A stretch of 57,037 bases of DNA. It comes from Minisyncoccota bacterium. GTDB taxonomy: Bacteria > Patescibacteriota > Minisyncoccia > Phycocordibacterales > UBA1006. Position 1 is the first letter of the stretch; every line of letters begins with the position of its first letter. Positions 48,278 through 57,037 of this stretch are shown one piece after another. The position numbers and the translations under genes are program-made. The stretch lies in contig JALEGN010000019.1 in assembly GCA_022763365.1 (NCBI GenBank), positions 1-57,037 on the forward strand, in the 5' to 3' direction. The notes beneath the pieces are model-generated. The model saw only the letters and a program-made list of their open reading frames with translations. It did not search any database and was not told where the DNA came from.

Positions 48278-48487
48278 ATGAAAGTATTTAAAGCAACACA
48301 AGCACGCGCTGAATTTCAAGACGTTATTGATACTGCCTACTACAAAGAAGAGCCAGTTATTATTATCAAACGTAATAAACCCTGGGTAGTTATTACAAAA
48401 CTTGATCAAACCAATGAAGAAATTCAAGCTGAAATTGAAAAATTCTTATCGGAAGAAAAAATCCAAAAGCTCTTAAACGAAAAATAG
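48278..48487 (+). CDS. Phd/YefM family antitoxin (no adjacent toxin)
   Basis: ATQARAEF..VID......PVIIIKRNKP.VVI. Confidence 0.8.
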   Translation: MKVFKATQARAEFQDVIDTAYYKEEPVIIIKRNKPWVVITKLDQTNEEIQAEIEKFLSEEKIQKLLNEK

Positions 48488-48553
48488 TTTAAGGTTTTTA
48501 AAATCAACCACAATAAAACCCTTATGATTGTACAATCATAAGGGTTTTTGTTA

Positions 48554-50203
48554 TTACATTTTCCAACCTAAATCATAATAGTATCGAAATAACACTGGGT
48601 TCATCAAAGAATTGATATCATCAAATTCTGACTCATGCCAGTCTTTTCCAAAAACAGTAGATGCCAAAAACAAATCCGAACTAAGATGGGTAGTATCAAT
48701 ATCAAGATTATCAGAAAAACTATTTTTAATATCATTCACTGAACGTTCATCATTCCAGGCCATAACCCATCCCCATTCACCAAATGAAGGAACATTTGCA
48801 TGATAAGGTAATGTTCTCAGTCCAGCTGATTGCATAGTCCTATTCATACAATGGAATGCCTCCTTTGCATGATAAGGGCTTGTACACTGTTGAATCATTA
48901 CGCCTCCTGGTGCAAGAACTCGTTGGATTTTTTTGTAAAATTCCCAAGAGTACAATTTTGCAAGTTCAATTGAATTTGGATCAGGGAAATCAATAATAAT
49001 AACATCCCATAAACCTGGTATTTGCTCAACAAACTTATCAGCATCCATATTAAGTACCTGAACATCTGCAATATGCTTAGTTGTCCTGCCATGAAGACTT
49101 TGCCTCATGGTACTTGTTCTGTATATTTCAGTCGTATCAATTACTTCTAATTGTGGCGACATAGTATACACACGTGCATCTTGAAACGCATCTTGATTTA
49201 TCGCTCTTAAAAATTTATTAGAAGCGCACAACTTAATCATGTCAGGATCTAGATCAACAAGTGTTACCTTGTGAACATCGTCATATTTTAAGACTTCTCT
49301 CAGTGCTAATCCATCACCTCCACCTAAAATTAAAACATTCCCATGTACAGGATTTACCTGAAAAGCAGGATGAGTAAGATATTCATGGTATATTTTCTCA
49401 TCAGTAGATGAAAATTGTAAATTACCATTAATAAATAATCGTGTTGATTGTGTTTCTGGATGCTGAGTGACCACTAGATCTTGATATTTTGTGGTAATCC
49501 GTTCAACAATTGGTTCTCGATATAATTCTTGTTGGGCAGAAATAATAATATTTCCACCATAGAAATAACCCCAACCAAGCGCGACGAATACAAGTATCCC
49601 TACACCCTTAAAAAACTTTGAATACCGAACTTTTTTATATCGTGAGAAATAAAAGAGTGCGATACCAGCAACAATGAGATTAGCGAGACCAACCACAAAT
49701 GCCATTTCTGTTATATTCATTCCTGTCTTAAGGATAAGAAAACCCCATATAAGCGCTCCAATAAAAGCTCCAATATAATCTGAGCTTAAAGCAACAGCAG
49801 CATTTTTTTGTACCTTTGCTTTTTTGTTCATCCTCATAACTAATGGGATTTCAAGTCCGATCAAAAGACCAATCAAGGCCATTGATCCATATAAAGCAAC
49901 TCCAAAACTAGCTGATGCATAGGCAAAGACAAGATAAAGTAGCGTTGGAGCAAATCCCATAAAGAGCGCTAAAACAAATTCAAGAGTAATAAAACTCTCA
50001 ACGTTATTACGCTCAGGTATGAATCTTTGAAACAGGGCTCCAACGCCCATCATAAGCATCATGACTCCAATAGTCATAGTAATTTGAAAAATGGAATGTC
50101 CAAGAATATACGTAGCAACGGTACCGATGATATACTCATCAATTAAACCTGTTGCCCCTGTAATAAACATACATAACCATAAAACAAGTGATAATCTTTT
50201 CAT
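48554..50203 (-). CDS. speE: Polyamine aminopropyltransferase (spermidine synthase) with N-terminal membrane domain
   Basis: About 7 TMs, then TKYQDLVV, LFINGNLQFSSTDE..YHE, ILGGGDG, VDLD, IIDFPDP, VPSFGEWG. Confidence 0.92.
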   Translation of the reverse strand: MKRLSLVLWLCMFITGATGLIDEYIIGTVATYILGHSIFQITMTIGVMMLMMGVGALFQRFIPERNNVESFITLEFVLALFMGFAPTLLYLVFAYASASFGVALYGSMALIGLLIGLEIPLVMRMNKKAKVQKNAAVALSSDYIGAFIGALIWGFLILKTGMNITEMAFVVGLANLIVAGIALFYFSRYKKVRYSKFFKGVGILVFVALGWGYFYGGNIIISAQQELYREPIVERITTKYQDLVVTQHPETQSTRLFINGNLQFSSTDEKIYHEYLTHPAFQVNPVHGNVLILGGGDGLALREVLKYDDVHKVTLVDLDPDMIKLCASNKFLRAINQDAFQDARVYTMSPQLEVIDTTEIYRTSTMRQSLHGRTTKHIADVQVLNMDADKFVEQIPGLWDVIIIDFPDPNSIELAKLYSWEFYKKIQRVLAPGGVMIQQCTSPYHAKEAFHCMNRTMQSAGLRTLPYHANVPSFGEWGWVMAWNDERSVNDIKNSFSDNLDIDTTHLSSDLFLASTVFGKDWHESEFDDINSLMNPVLFRYYYDLGWKM

Positions 50204-50308
50204 GTATAAAGTTTTTAAATTAATTCAAAATAAATTATATCATAATATATTATAAAATCAAGTAAAAAACCCTTTGGAATTCAAAGGGTTTTGTTGCATT
50301 TTATATAG

Positions 50309-51136
50309 TTATACAACCGCAAGGCTGAGAAGTATTGCTACTCCAACCATAACTCCGCACATAAGCAAAGAAGCTGCTGTATTTTTATCTCTACGAATTT
50401 CAGTTTTCATATTGGTATTTGGCAAAAATGTCCAATCAACGATTTTATAGACGGCAAGCAATAAAGCCATACCCAAAAGGGTATATTTACCAAAACCTAA
50501 AAGATCACTTGACCAATCAACAAATTCACCAGAAATTGAAGAACGTAAAATTAATGATAACGATACAAGAACACCTCCTACTAATACAGCGGCAGAAGCG
50601 TTATTTCCTCTAATTTCTTCAGCAATACTAAATGGTGTAAACAATTCAAACAACTTAGCACAAATTACTAAAGCAACTTGGCCAAGAAGAAAGAATACCG
50701 GACCAGCAATAGTCGGACCCTCGCCTCCAGAAAAAGAAGCAAAGCCAATCAAACCTGTTGCCAGAAAAACGGACATTTCTATAATGCCAACTGCTACATT
50801 ACCTTGTTCAACCTCCAGACTATTATTAAGACCGGGAAGAATCACCTTATCAGTAACAAACGAGCTAATAATGAACATTACAATAACAAGAACACCTTCA
50901 ATAACCATCCATTTAACCAAATCAAGACTAAATGAATCAGAAACATTAGCTAGAACAGGGCCGCAGATTGCTATCAAGAGCCCTGCGTATAATCCAAACT
51001 TTGAGAATCCAACAGCTAAATTACTGCCTTCTTCAATTTCATAATTATCATCATATGGGGTAACCATATCGATAACCTTTTTGCCCACAAGGGCAATAAT
51101 AAGCCCGAGGGCAACATAAATTAATGAAACTAACAT
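50309..51136 (-). CDS. DUF350 (YjfL-like) tandem-domain membrane protein
   Basis: Four repeats of E(I/V)xxxNxA(V/A) between TM pairs. Confidence 0.85.
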   Translation of the reverse strand: MLVSLIYVALGLIIALVGKKVIDMVTPYDDNYEIEEGSNLAVGFSKFGLYAGLLIAICGPVLANVSDSFSLDLVKWMVIEGVLVIVMFIISSFVTDKVILPGLNNSLEVEQGNVAVGIIEMSVFLATGLIGFASFSGGEGPTIAGPVFFLLGQVALVICAKLFELFTPFSIAEEIRGNNASAAVLVGGVLVSLSLILRSSISGEFVDWSSDLLGFGKYTLLGMALLLAVYKIVDWTFLPNTNMKTEIRRDKNTAASLLMCGVMVGVAILLSLAVV

Positions 51137-51159
51137 ATTTTTGTTTTTAAAGTTATAAA

Positions 51160-52575
51160 TTATTTTCCACCTCTTCCTGATCCTCCACCTCGTCTAGATG
51201 ATCCACTACGGGATCTATTAGACGATGATCGAGATTGTGAACTTCGTGCTGACTTATTAGAACGTACTGTAGATCGAGCACTTGCTACACCTCCGGATCT
51301 ACCAAAACTGGCTCGACTATAAGTTGAACTTCGTTTTGTTACCGCTCCTGAAGAACCGTATTTGCGACTTGAGCCAGAACCACCATAGTAAGCGGTATTC
51401 CTATCTCTTGATCGATGAGTGTTATATCCACCATAATCATTATAGGCATAGCCACCACCGCGATAATTTGGCCCCCACATAAGGTTTGACCAGAACATAT
51501 ATTGACCGTAATAATGCCAAAAAGAATTTCCTGGATTTGAACGAGCCTGCTCTTCTGTAATAGAATTTCCATCTTTATCTTTCCAGTTACCATATTTTGG
51601 ATTACCAACCATATTCATTCCGGCTGGTGCTGGAGCTGTTGTTTTTTCAGACTGAAAATAACACAAAGGTTTAGACTCTAAATCCATCAACATGTTTTCG
51701 AGATTCTTTTCATAAACGGCTTCGTTAACGTCAACCCATTGGGTCGTTACTTCACCATTATTCACAATACTATATTGATGTTGATATTTGTTATTTTGAT
51801 AACGCATATCAATCAAAGTTTTGGTATAACTTTTTTCAAGCTCACCAACCTTTGAAATAAAAGCATTCACTCCCTGAGCTATCGTAGCTGATTGAGTTTG
51901 GGCTCCTTCAAATGCATTGGCCACAGCAACATAATTAATAACATCTCCTTCGAGTGCTGATTCAAAAGAGTCAGTGTATCGATTAAAAATGTTAGTTGCA
52001 GATTCAATATTTGTATATTGACTCTTTATGGCATCTTCTCGAAATGCACATTCACGACAAGCTTGTTTTAAGATAGCTGAGCCACGTTCATTCTGTGCCT
52101 CAACTGAATCTTTCATCCTTATCATAGACTCCTTCATCTGTGGCAATCGGTCTCTCGCTTGAACAAGTTTTTGTGCAGCATTGTATCTTTGTAATGTATT
52201 TTGCTCAATATATTGGGCAGCATTAGTTACAGCAGAACGTGCTTTGTTAAAATTACCAATTTCTTCTTTCGTCGAAGGGTTTTTTCCTTGTAAAACCGGC
52301 ACGACATATCTGACATACAAATTATTTGCATCGTCAACTTTTTTCTGTGCCGATTGAAAAGATTCTCCCGGGATATTTTCACTATACAGTTCAAGAAAAT
52401 CAGATTCTGTACCGAACAAACGCTCAGTTTTTGTCTGATTAGCTTTGAGTTTCGCCACAGCATTTGCCATGGTAGTTTCAGTCGATTGAGCTTGGCTCTT
52501 ATAATCAACGTTTTCACTGCACCCTACAAACATAAGGCATACAGTAATAAGAGTAAGAAAAAATGTATTTTTCAT
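51160..52575 (-). CDS. Lipoprotein with coiled coil and Gly/Ser/Arg-rich tail (partner of DUF350/SpeE clusters)
   Basis: FVGC lipobox; PAGMNMVGNPKYGNW...SFWHYYGQY; C-terminal SRSGSSRRGGGSGRGGK. Confidence 0.75.
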   Translation of the reverse strand: MKNTFFLTLITVCLMFVGCSENVDYKSQAQSTETTMANAVAKLKANQTKTERLFGTESDFLELYSENIPGESFQSAQKKVDDANNLYVRYVVPVLQGKNPSTKEEIGNFNKARSAVTNAAQYIEQNTLQRYNAAQKLVQARDRLPQMKESMIRMKDSVEAQNERGSAILKQACRECAFREDAIKSQYTNIESATNIFNRYTDSFESALEGDVINYVAVANAFEGAQTQSATIAQGVNAFISKVGELEKSYTKTLIDMRYQNNKYQHQYSIVNNGEVTTQWVDVNEAVYEKNLENMLMDLESKPLCYFQSEKTTAPAPAGMNMVGNPKYGNWKDKDGNSITEEQARSNPGNSFWHYYGQYMFWSNLMWGPNYRGGGYAYNDYGGYNTHRSRDRNTAYYGGSGSSRKYGSSGAVTKRSSTYSRASFGRSGGVASARSTVRSNKSARSSQSRSSSNRSRSGSSRRGGGSGRGGK

Positions 52576-53147
52576 TGTGTAAAATTTAAAGTTTGAAATT
52601 TAGATTTTGTGAAAGCGACCATGCCTTCATTGGGGTATTCGTGCATGGTAGACACCTTACAGGTGTCACCAGTAAACTCCAACACCACTGCGGTGCGTGG
52701 AGGATAGTTCAGTTCTCCTTGAGGAAACTCGTAGAGTAAACCCATGACCTCTTTTGTATTCAGTTGAGCCATAGATGTATGCCACGCAATATATTCTTGA
52801 GATTTTTCAATCTCTTGAACAATTGGAGTGCAGGTTGTATAGACAAGTCCTGACTTTTCAGGACTTATTGAACCATGCCCCAGTTTATGAAGGGGTTGGG
52901 TCACACAACGACTGTGAGTACTGTCATCAATATCAATACAGGCAACAACCTCAGAAATTAATCCAGCAGGTGTTTCGATTGAAATATAATGACTAGCTCC
53001 AATAATCGCAGCTTCAATATCAAAGCCACAATGGTTTCGTTTTTGTGAAACTACTACTGAGAGGCTTTTAGTATCAAGGTACCCTTTGACAAAATGATGC
53101 CGAAGAGCGTGGACCGTTTGATCCAAAAAAACAAGTTGTTCTTCCAT
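52572..53147 (-). CDS. DUF2617-like protein
   Basis: IIGASHYI, SEVVAC, TMHEYPNE; 4-bp overlap with the lipoprotein gene; context fits. Confidence 0.6.
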   Translation of the reverse strand: MEEQLVFLDQTVHALRHHFVKGYLDTKSLSVVVSQKRNHCGFDIEAAIIGASHYISIETPAGLISEVVACIDIDDSTHSRCVTQPLHKLGHGSISPEKSGLVYTTCTPIVQEIEKSQEYIAWHTSMAQLNTKEVMGLLYEFPQGELNYPPRTAVVLEFTGDTCKVSTMHEYPNEGMVAFTKSKFQTLNFTQ

Positions 53148-53257
53148 TCGTAGAATATTTGATTTTTAATGATTTTCTGACTTAATTTATCATATAATAA
53201 TGTTTTGTCAAATAAAAAACCTGTCACTTTTGACAGGTTTTAATTAAATTATTTCTT

Positions 53258-54316
53258 TTATGACATAACCTCATCCCAAGAAATATCTGATTCTTTAACT
53301 CGCTGAGAACCAATACAAACTAAGGACATACCTCCTGACACCTCCATACCTAAATCATCTGGGTGTATATCGATATTTGTATTGTGACTGTGACACGTAC
53401 CAACACCAACAACATTAACCCCATACGAGCTTAATAAAGCTGCATGCAGTGCCGTATATGTTTTAGACCCAGCATCTTCAGGAATATTAATCCTAAAACT
53501 ACTGGCATCAGTATCTTTATTGCTCGCAAGAGCAGTAAATAACTCAGTAGCCCCTGGGTCTTGAACTGCTTGGACCAATAAAGGTAATGAGAGGCTTGTT
53601 ACAACCTCGATAGAGTCATTGATTTTTTTTACTTTTTTAACCTTTTTTTGGTTATTTAGTAAAACAACAATATGGGCGTCAGAACGAACCTCGTCTTTAC
53701 AATCCACTAAAATTTCTATAGTTTCAGCATCACTGTCTCCAAGTACGATGATGCGTGAAGCATCTTTGATACAGCCCTGCTTCCTTGCTTCGGGATCCGT
53801 TGGGTTGCCTTTGGCAAAACCAAATGTTGCGCCAAATTCATTCTTTTCAACGTGGTTCGTAACAAAAATTATTTCATCGCCGTTATTATCTGCAACGATT
53901 TCATTAATAAGGTTTCCTATGGAACTTTCTGTTCCACCAAGAATAAGAATATGATTTTCTTTTTTTAAAGTCATGAGTCCTTTTTTAAGTTTTTGTGAAT
54001 ATTCGATTACAGTATCAAGGATTTTCCCAGCCAAAGCCGCAAAAACTCCGATACCAATAAAAATGATTACGGTGGCAGTTATTTTCCCACCTAAAGAAGT
54101 TGGAGAAAAATCTCCATATCCAACCGTTGAAATAGTAACAATAAAATACCACCAATAGGTATCAGCTCTAACTAATTCAGAACCAGCAGGTTCAGCTAGA
54201 TACATAAGAAACCACGATATGAAAAATACCGCTAAAAATCCAAGGGCAAAATGCTTTAATCGTAATCGTGCAAGAAGTTGGCCACTTCTAATCAGTCGTA
54301 AGAGTTTGAATATCAT
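53258..54316 (-). CDS. 2-TM potassium channel with RCK/TrkA domain (Kch/MthK-like)
   Basis: STVGYGD selectivity filter; NHILILG RCK domain. Confidence 0.92.
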   Translation of the reverse strand: MIFKLLRLIRSGQLLARLRLKHFALGFLAVFFISWFLMYLAEPAGSELVRADTYWWYFIVTISTVGYGDFSPTSLGGKITATVIIFIGIGVFAALAGKILDTVIEYSQKLKKGLMTLKKENHILILGGTESSIGNLINEIVADNNGDEIIFVTNHVEKNEFGATFGFAKGNPTDPEARKQGCIKDASRIIVLGDSDAETIEILVDCKDEVRSDAHIVVLLNNQKKVKKVKKINDSIEVVTSLSLPLLVQAVQDPGATELFTALASNKDTDASSFRINIPEDAGSKTYTALHAALLSSYGVNVVGVGTCHSHNTNIDIHPDDLGMEVSGGMSLVCIGSQRVKESDISWDEVMS

Positions 54317-54463
54317 ATGTATTACATTTTTAATTTTTTTGAATATAACACATAATATTTTATTATCAAGCTTTTCTTATTAAGATATTGACATCGAATA
54401 ATTTTATAATAATATAAATAACGAATTCTTTAATAATTTTATAAAAATAAATACGTACACATT

Positions 54464-55510
54464 ATGGAAACAGGTAACGGCGATCAGCCAAATCAAGAAA
54501 CAAAAGTAATTGATGTTTCAAAGCAAGAAGCTCTTGTTTTGAAAGAGATGCAACAAATTGCACCAGCAAGACAAGCAACGGATTTTATCAAAAAGATAAG
54601 CAATATTCAGGATTCTGGTGAGTTTGCAAAATATACTCAAAAACATGACGAATATATGGGACAGCTTGTGGAAGCAAATGCAAAAATTCCCGACACATCT
54701 GAACCAAGTGCTTTTCAAAAAATCCTATTCTATATTCCATTTGGAATTGGTAAAAAAATAAAGGATGCCTTTGAAAAAGCTCAATTTGAACACGGTGATA
54801 CTATTAGTGCCGTAAATAAATTATTGAACAAAGTCGATGGGAATTATGCCGTGATGAAATCTGATATGGCTCCAACACGCGAGCTTATGTTAGAAATTCA
54901 AAATGAGGCAAATGTTATGGAGGGAAAGATTAGACAACTTGAAGATTTTGTCCAAAACAATGCTCTTTCTGAAGAAGCCTTAGATTTTGCAAAAAAATAT
55001 TTGCAGACTCAAAAAGGTTCAGTAGAAGAAATGAGGCACACTTTCCTACCATGGTTACAAGAGGTTCTGAATTCTTCAGAAAAATTATATCTCAACTATG
55101 TAACAGAACGGCAAGCAGTAGGCGTGTCCTTAGTTACTACGGCTAAAATACTGCAGCGTGTTGGTGTAGTACAAGGTGCCGCTGATGGTCTTTTGGTTTT
55201 ACGAGAGACTAAGAAAAAAAGTAAGCTTTTAGCTGCCAAGGCTATTGCCACAATGCGTACTAGCACAGCAGAAGTTGAATCAAAGCTCCTTCATGGACTT
55301 GATGAATTTGCTCAAATCAAGCAAATAGACGAAGAGTCTATTGCCCGAGCAAAAGAAATTAAGCTTCTTGGTGAAAAAGAACGTAATGAACTAGAGGCTC
55401 GTATGAGTGAATTTAGGCTCCAAAATAAAGGAGGTCTTAATGATAATATCAAGGTACTTGTTGATGGTGGGGAGGAGCTTATGCTCGATAATTCTAATAC
55501 TGGTTCTTAA
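54464..55510 (+). CDS. Toxic anion resistance (TelA)-like coiled-coil protein
   Basis: FQKILFYIPFGIGKKIK amphipathic motif followed by long coiled coils. Confidence 0.65.
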   Translation: METGNGDQPNQETKVIDVSKQEALVLKEMQQIAPARQATDFIKKISNIQDSGEFAKYTQKHDEYMGQLVEANAKIPDTSEPSAFQKILFYIPFGIGKKIKDAFEKAQFEHGDTISAVNKLLNKVDGNYAVMKSDMAPTRELMLEIQNEANVMEGKIRQLEDFVQNNALSEEALDFAKKYLQTQKGSVEEMRHTFLPWLQEVLNSSEKLYLNYVTERQAVGVSLVTTAKILQRVGVVQGAADGLLVLRETKKKSKLLAAKAIATMRTSTAEVESKLLHGLDEFAQIKQIDEESIARAKEIKLLGEKERNELEARMSEFRLQNKGGLNDNIKVLVDGGEELMLDNSNTGS

Positions 55511-55555
55511 CCAGTATTAGAATTTAAATTTGTATTAATCAAAAAAATATTTATT

Positions 55556-56170
55556 TTGAAAACACTTTTTTTAATTTCAACTGGTGTTGGCATAATAATA
55601 GGTATCCTACTGACCCTTGTGTTAGTGGGCGCCTTGTTATACTACACCAAGAGAAAAAATAATCAGAAAGAATCAGAAACGATTCCGAAAGAACAAGCTT
55701 CTTTTGAAGACGACCTGCGTGATGTACACCATCAAGAAATGGGAGCTGAATCTAAATTTTCCATACAACAAATTATGGATAAGTTAGTCAGACTAAACCT
55801 TCAGATCCGTATAGAAGGAGAATCAATCCAGCCTATAATAGGAAGTTTTGAAAAGTTATTTGATAAAATCAGAGAACTTGCTCCGACACTACACGCAGAA
55901 GAACCAGACGGTGAGATAACCTGGCAAATAGATGAAATGGTTGTTGATTTTATTCCTGGCTTACTAAAAGATTACCTTAAAGGTAACCAAGGTGAATTAG
56001 AACAACAACATGTCATATCAACTTGTGAAGAACTCTTTTTACAATTAAGCGAATTGACAAAAGAGTATGAAAGTACAGCAAACGCTGATCTTAAACGAAA
56101 TGCATCTGTTATAAAAGAAACAATGCGTATACGATCAAAAATACCTGTTGAATCAAAAACTAATGCATAA
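55556..56170 (+). CDS. Membrane-anchored helical protein (XpaC-like TelA partner)
   Basis: N-terminal TM; DFIPGLLKDYL motif; co-transcribed with the TelA-like gene. Confidence 0.55.
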   Translation: MKTLFLISTGVGIIIGILLTLVLVGALLYYTKRKNNQKESETIPKEQASFEDDLRDVHHQEMGAESKFSIQQIMDKLVRLNLQIRIEGESIQPIIGSFEKLFDKIRELAPTLHAEEPDGEITWQIDEMVVDFIPGLLKDYLKGNQGELEQQHVISTCEELFLQLSELTKEYESTANADLKRNASVIKETMRIRSKIPVESKTNA

Positions 56171-56808
56171 TGAAAGATCAATTAAATTCTACAGAGTACA
56201 AGCATTATAACGAATTATTTGATTTAATTCGTTCTATTGAACCTCATTCAGTCATTTCACCTGGCAAACGTCATACATACGAAATGACTGACATAACAAA
56301 TGGAAGTGTTTTAAAATATGGTGAAGATGAGATTTTTCTTGTCGTAAACCATGCTCAGTACGAAGAAAAAACAAAGAAAGGTTTATGGACATGGGATGAA
56401 TTCAGTTTTCAATCATTGATAACTGGAGACATTTATTTTGTTGAGGTAGAAGAAGATGATTTTATTGAAGTCCATAAAACTATCGAAAAAATAAGATTTT
56501 CTGACTTTGAGCCGGCGCTGAGAATACCTTATGTTAAGGGTATTGTTAAAGATGAAGGTTCAATTTCACACGACGGTATTGAGTATGTCTATGATGATGA
56601 CTATCGGGCGACATACAAAAATAACGGAGAAGAATCTGAAGTCAAGTGTTATGAATTTCGTGGTGTTAGAGATGGCAAAGATATCTACCTCACCATAGAA
56701 AACTGGAGTCCGGATGAAAAAGATCCGGCAGGGAGTCATATTGAAGTAACACTTTCAATCCCTGAGGACCCTACAGATTATGAAATGATTGCACAAGCTA
56801 AAAATTAA
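56170..56808 (+). CDS. DUF4178-like protein
   Basis: DITNGSVL...WTWDEF...VEVEEDD...GIEY...YLTIENW; TAATG coupling to the upstream gene. Confidence 0.65.
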   Translation: MKDQLNSTEYKHYNELFDLIRSIEPHSVISPGKRHTYEMTDITNGSVLKYGEDEIFLVVNHAQYEEKTKKGLWTWDEFSFQSLITGDIYFVEVEEDDFIEVHKTIEKIRFSDFEPALRIPYVKGIVKDEGSISHDGIEYVYDDDYRATYKNNGEESEVKCYEFRGVRDGKDIYLTIENWSPDEKDPAGSHIEVTLSIPEDPTDYEMIAQAKN

Positions 56809-56813
56809 ATATT

Positions 56814-56836
56814 AAAACCCCAGAAATTGGGGTTTT

Positions 56837-56838
<2 letters not shown>
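56814..56838. terminator. Bidirectional terminator
   Basis: AAAACCCCAGAAATTGGGGTTTTTT between convergent ORFs. Confidence 0.8.
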
Positions 56839-57013
<175 letters not shown>

Positions 57014-57037
57014 TTACAAAGAACCATCAACTCCTTA

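Noticed and set aside
468..56181. Numerous 60-170 aa ORFs antisense or out of frame within long genes (e.g. 4101..4607, 44575..45081, 46796..47299)
   Set aside because: Shadow ORFs of well-supported genes, with no independent signals.

Overview
AT-rich bacterial chromosomal segment (standard genetic code) whose gene content points to Patescibacteria/CPR, probably Parcubacteria. This is inferred from CPR-style surface-protein motifs, solitary housekeeping genes, tRNA-Arg(UCG) and tRNAs without encoded CCA. From left to right: (1) a tandem array of Cys-rich secreted proteins, two with thrombospondin type-1 (TSP1)-like domains, one of which has a nested out-and-back domain arrangement; (2) housekeeping genes (nusA, rsmA, pcrA/uvrD, LysM-M23, YifB/ComM, dksA-like, rpsO, Xer recombinase, xth, cca) mixed with lineage-specific membrane proteins and several Bacteroidota-looking genes (GH3, second DksA, fatty-acid desaturase); (3) a probable origin/centromere region between tRNA-Arg and tRNA-Pro, with tandem DnaA boxes and about 7 parS-like palindromes, two inside the yraN reading frame and one over its start codon; (4) a CinA/PncC-nucleotidyltransferase fusion divergent from NAD kinase; (5) an 8-gene SpeE/DUF350/lipoprotein/DUF2617/K+ channel/TelA/DUF4178 envelope-polyamine module without PspA. 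Many core genes appear leaderless (-10 box 6-7 nt before the start codon). Two candidate structured small RNAs, an orphan tRNA 3' fragment and a 47-bp direct repeat around one gene were also seen. No CRISPR array, rRNA, transposase or prophage was recognised. All family assignments come from motif recognition by eye, not database searches.
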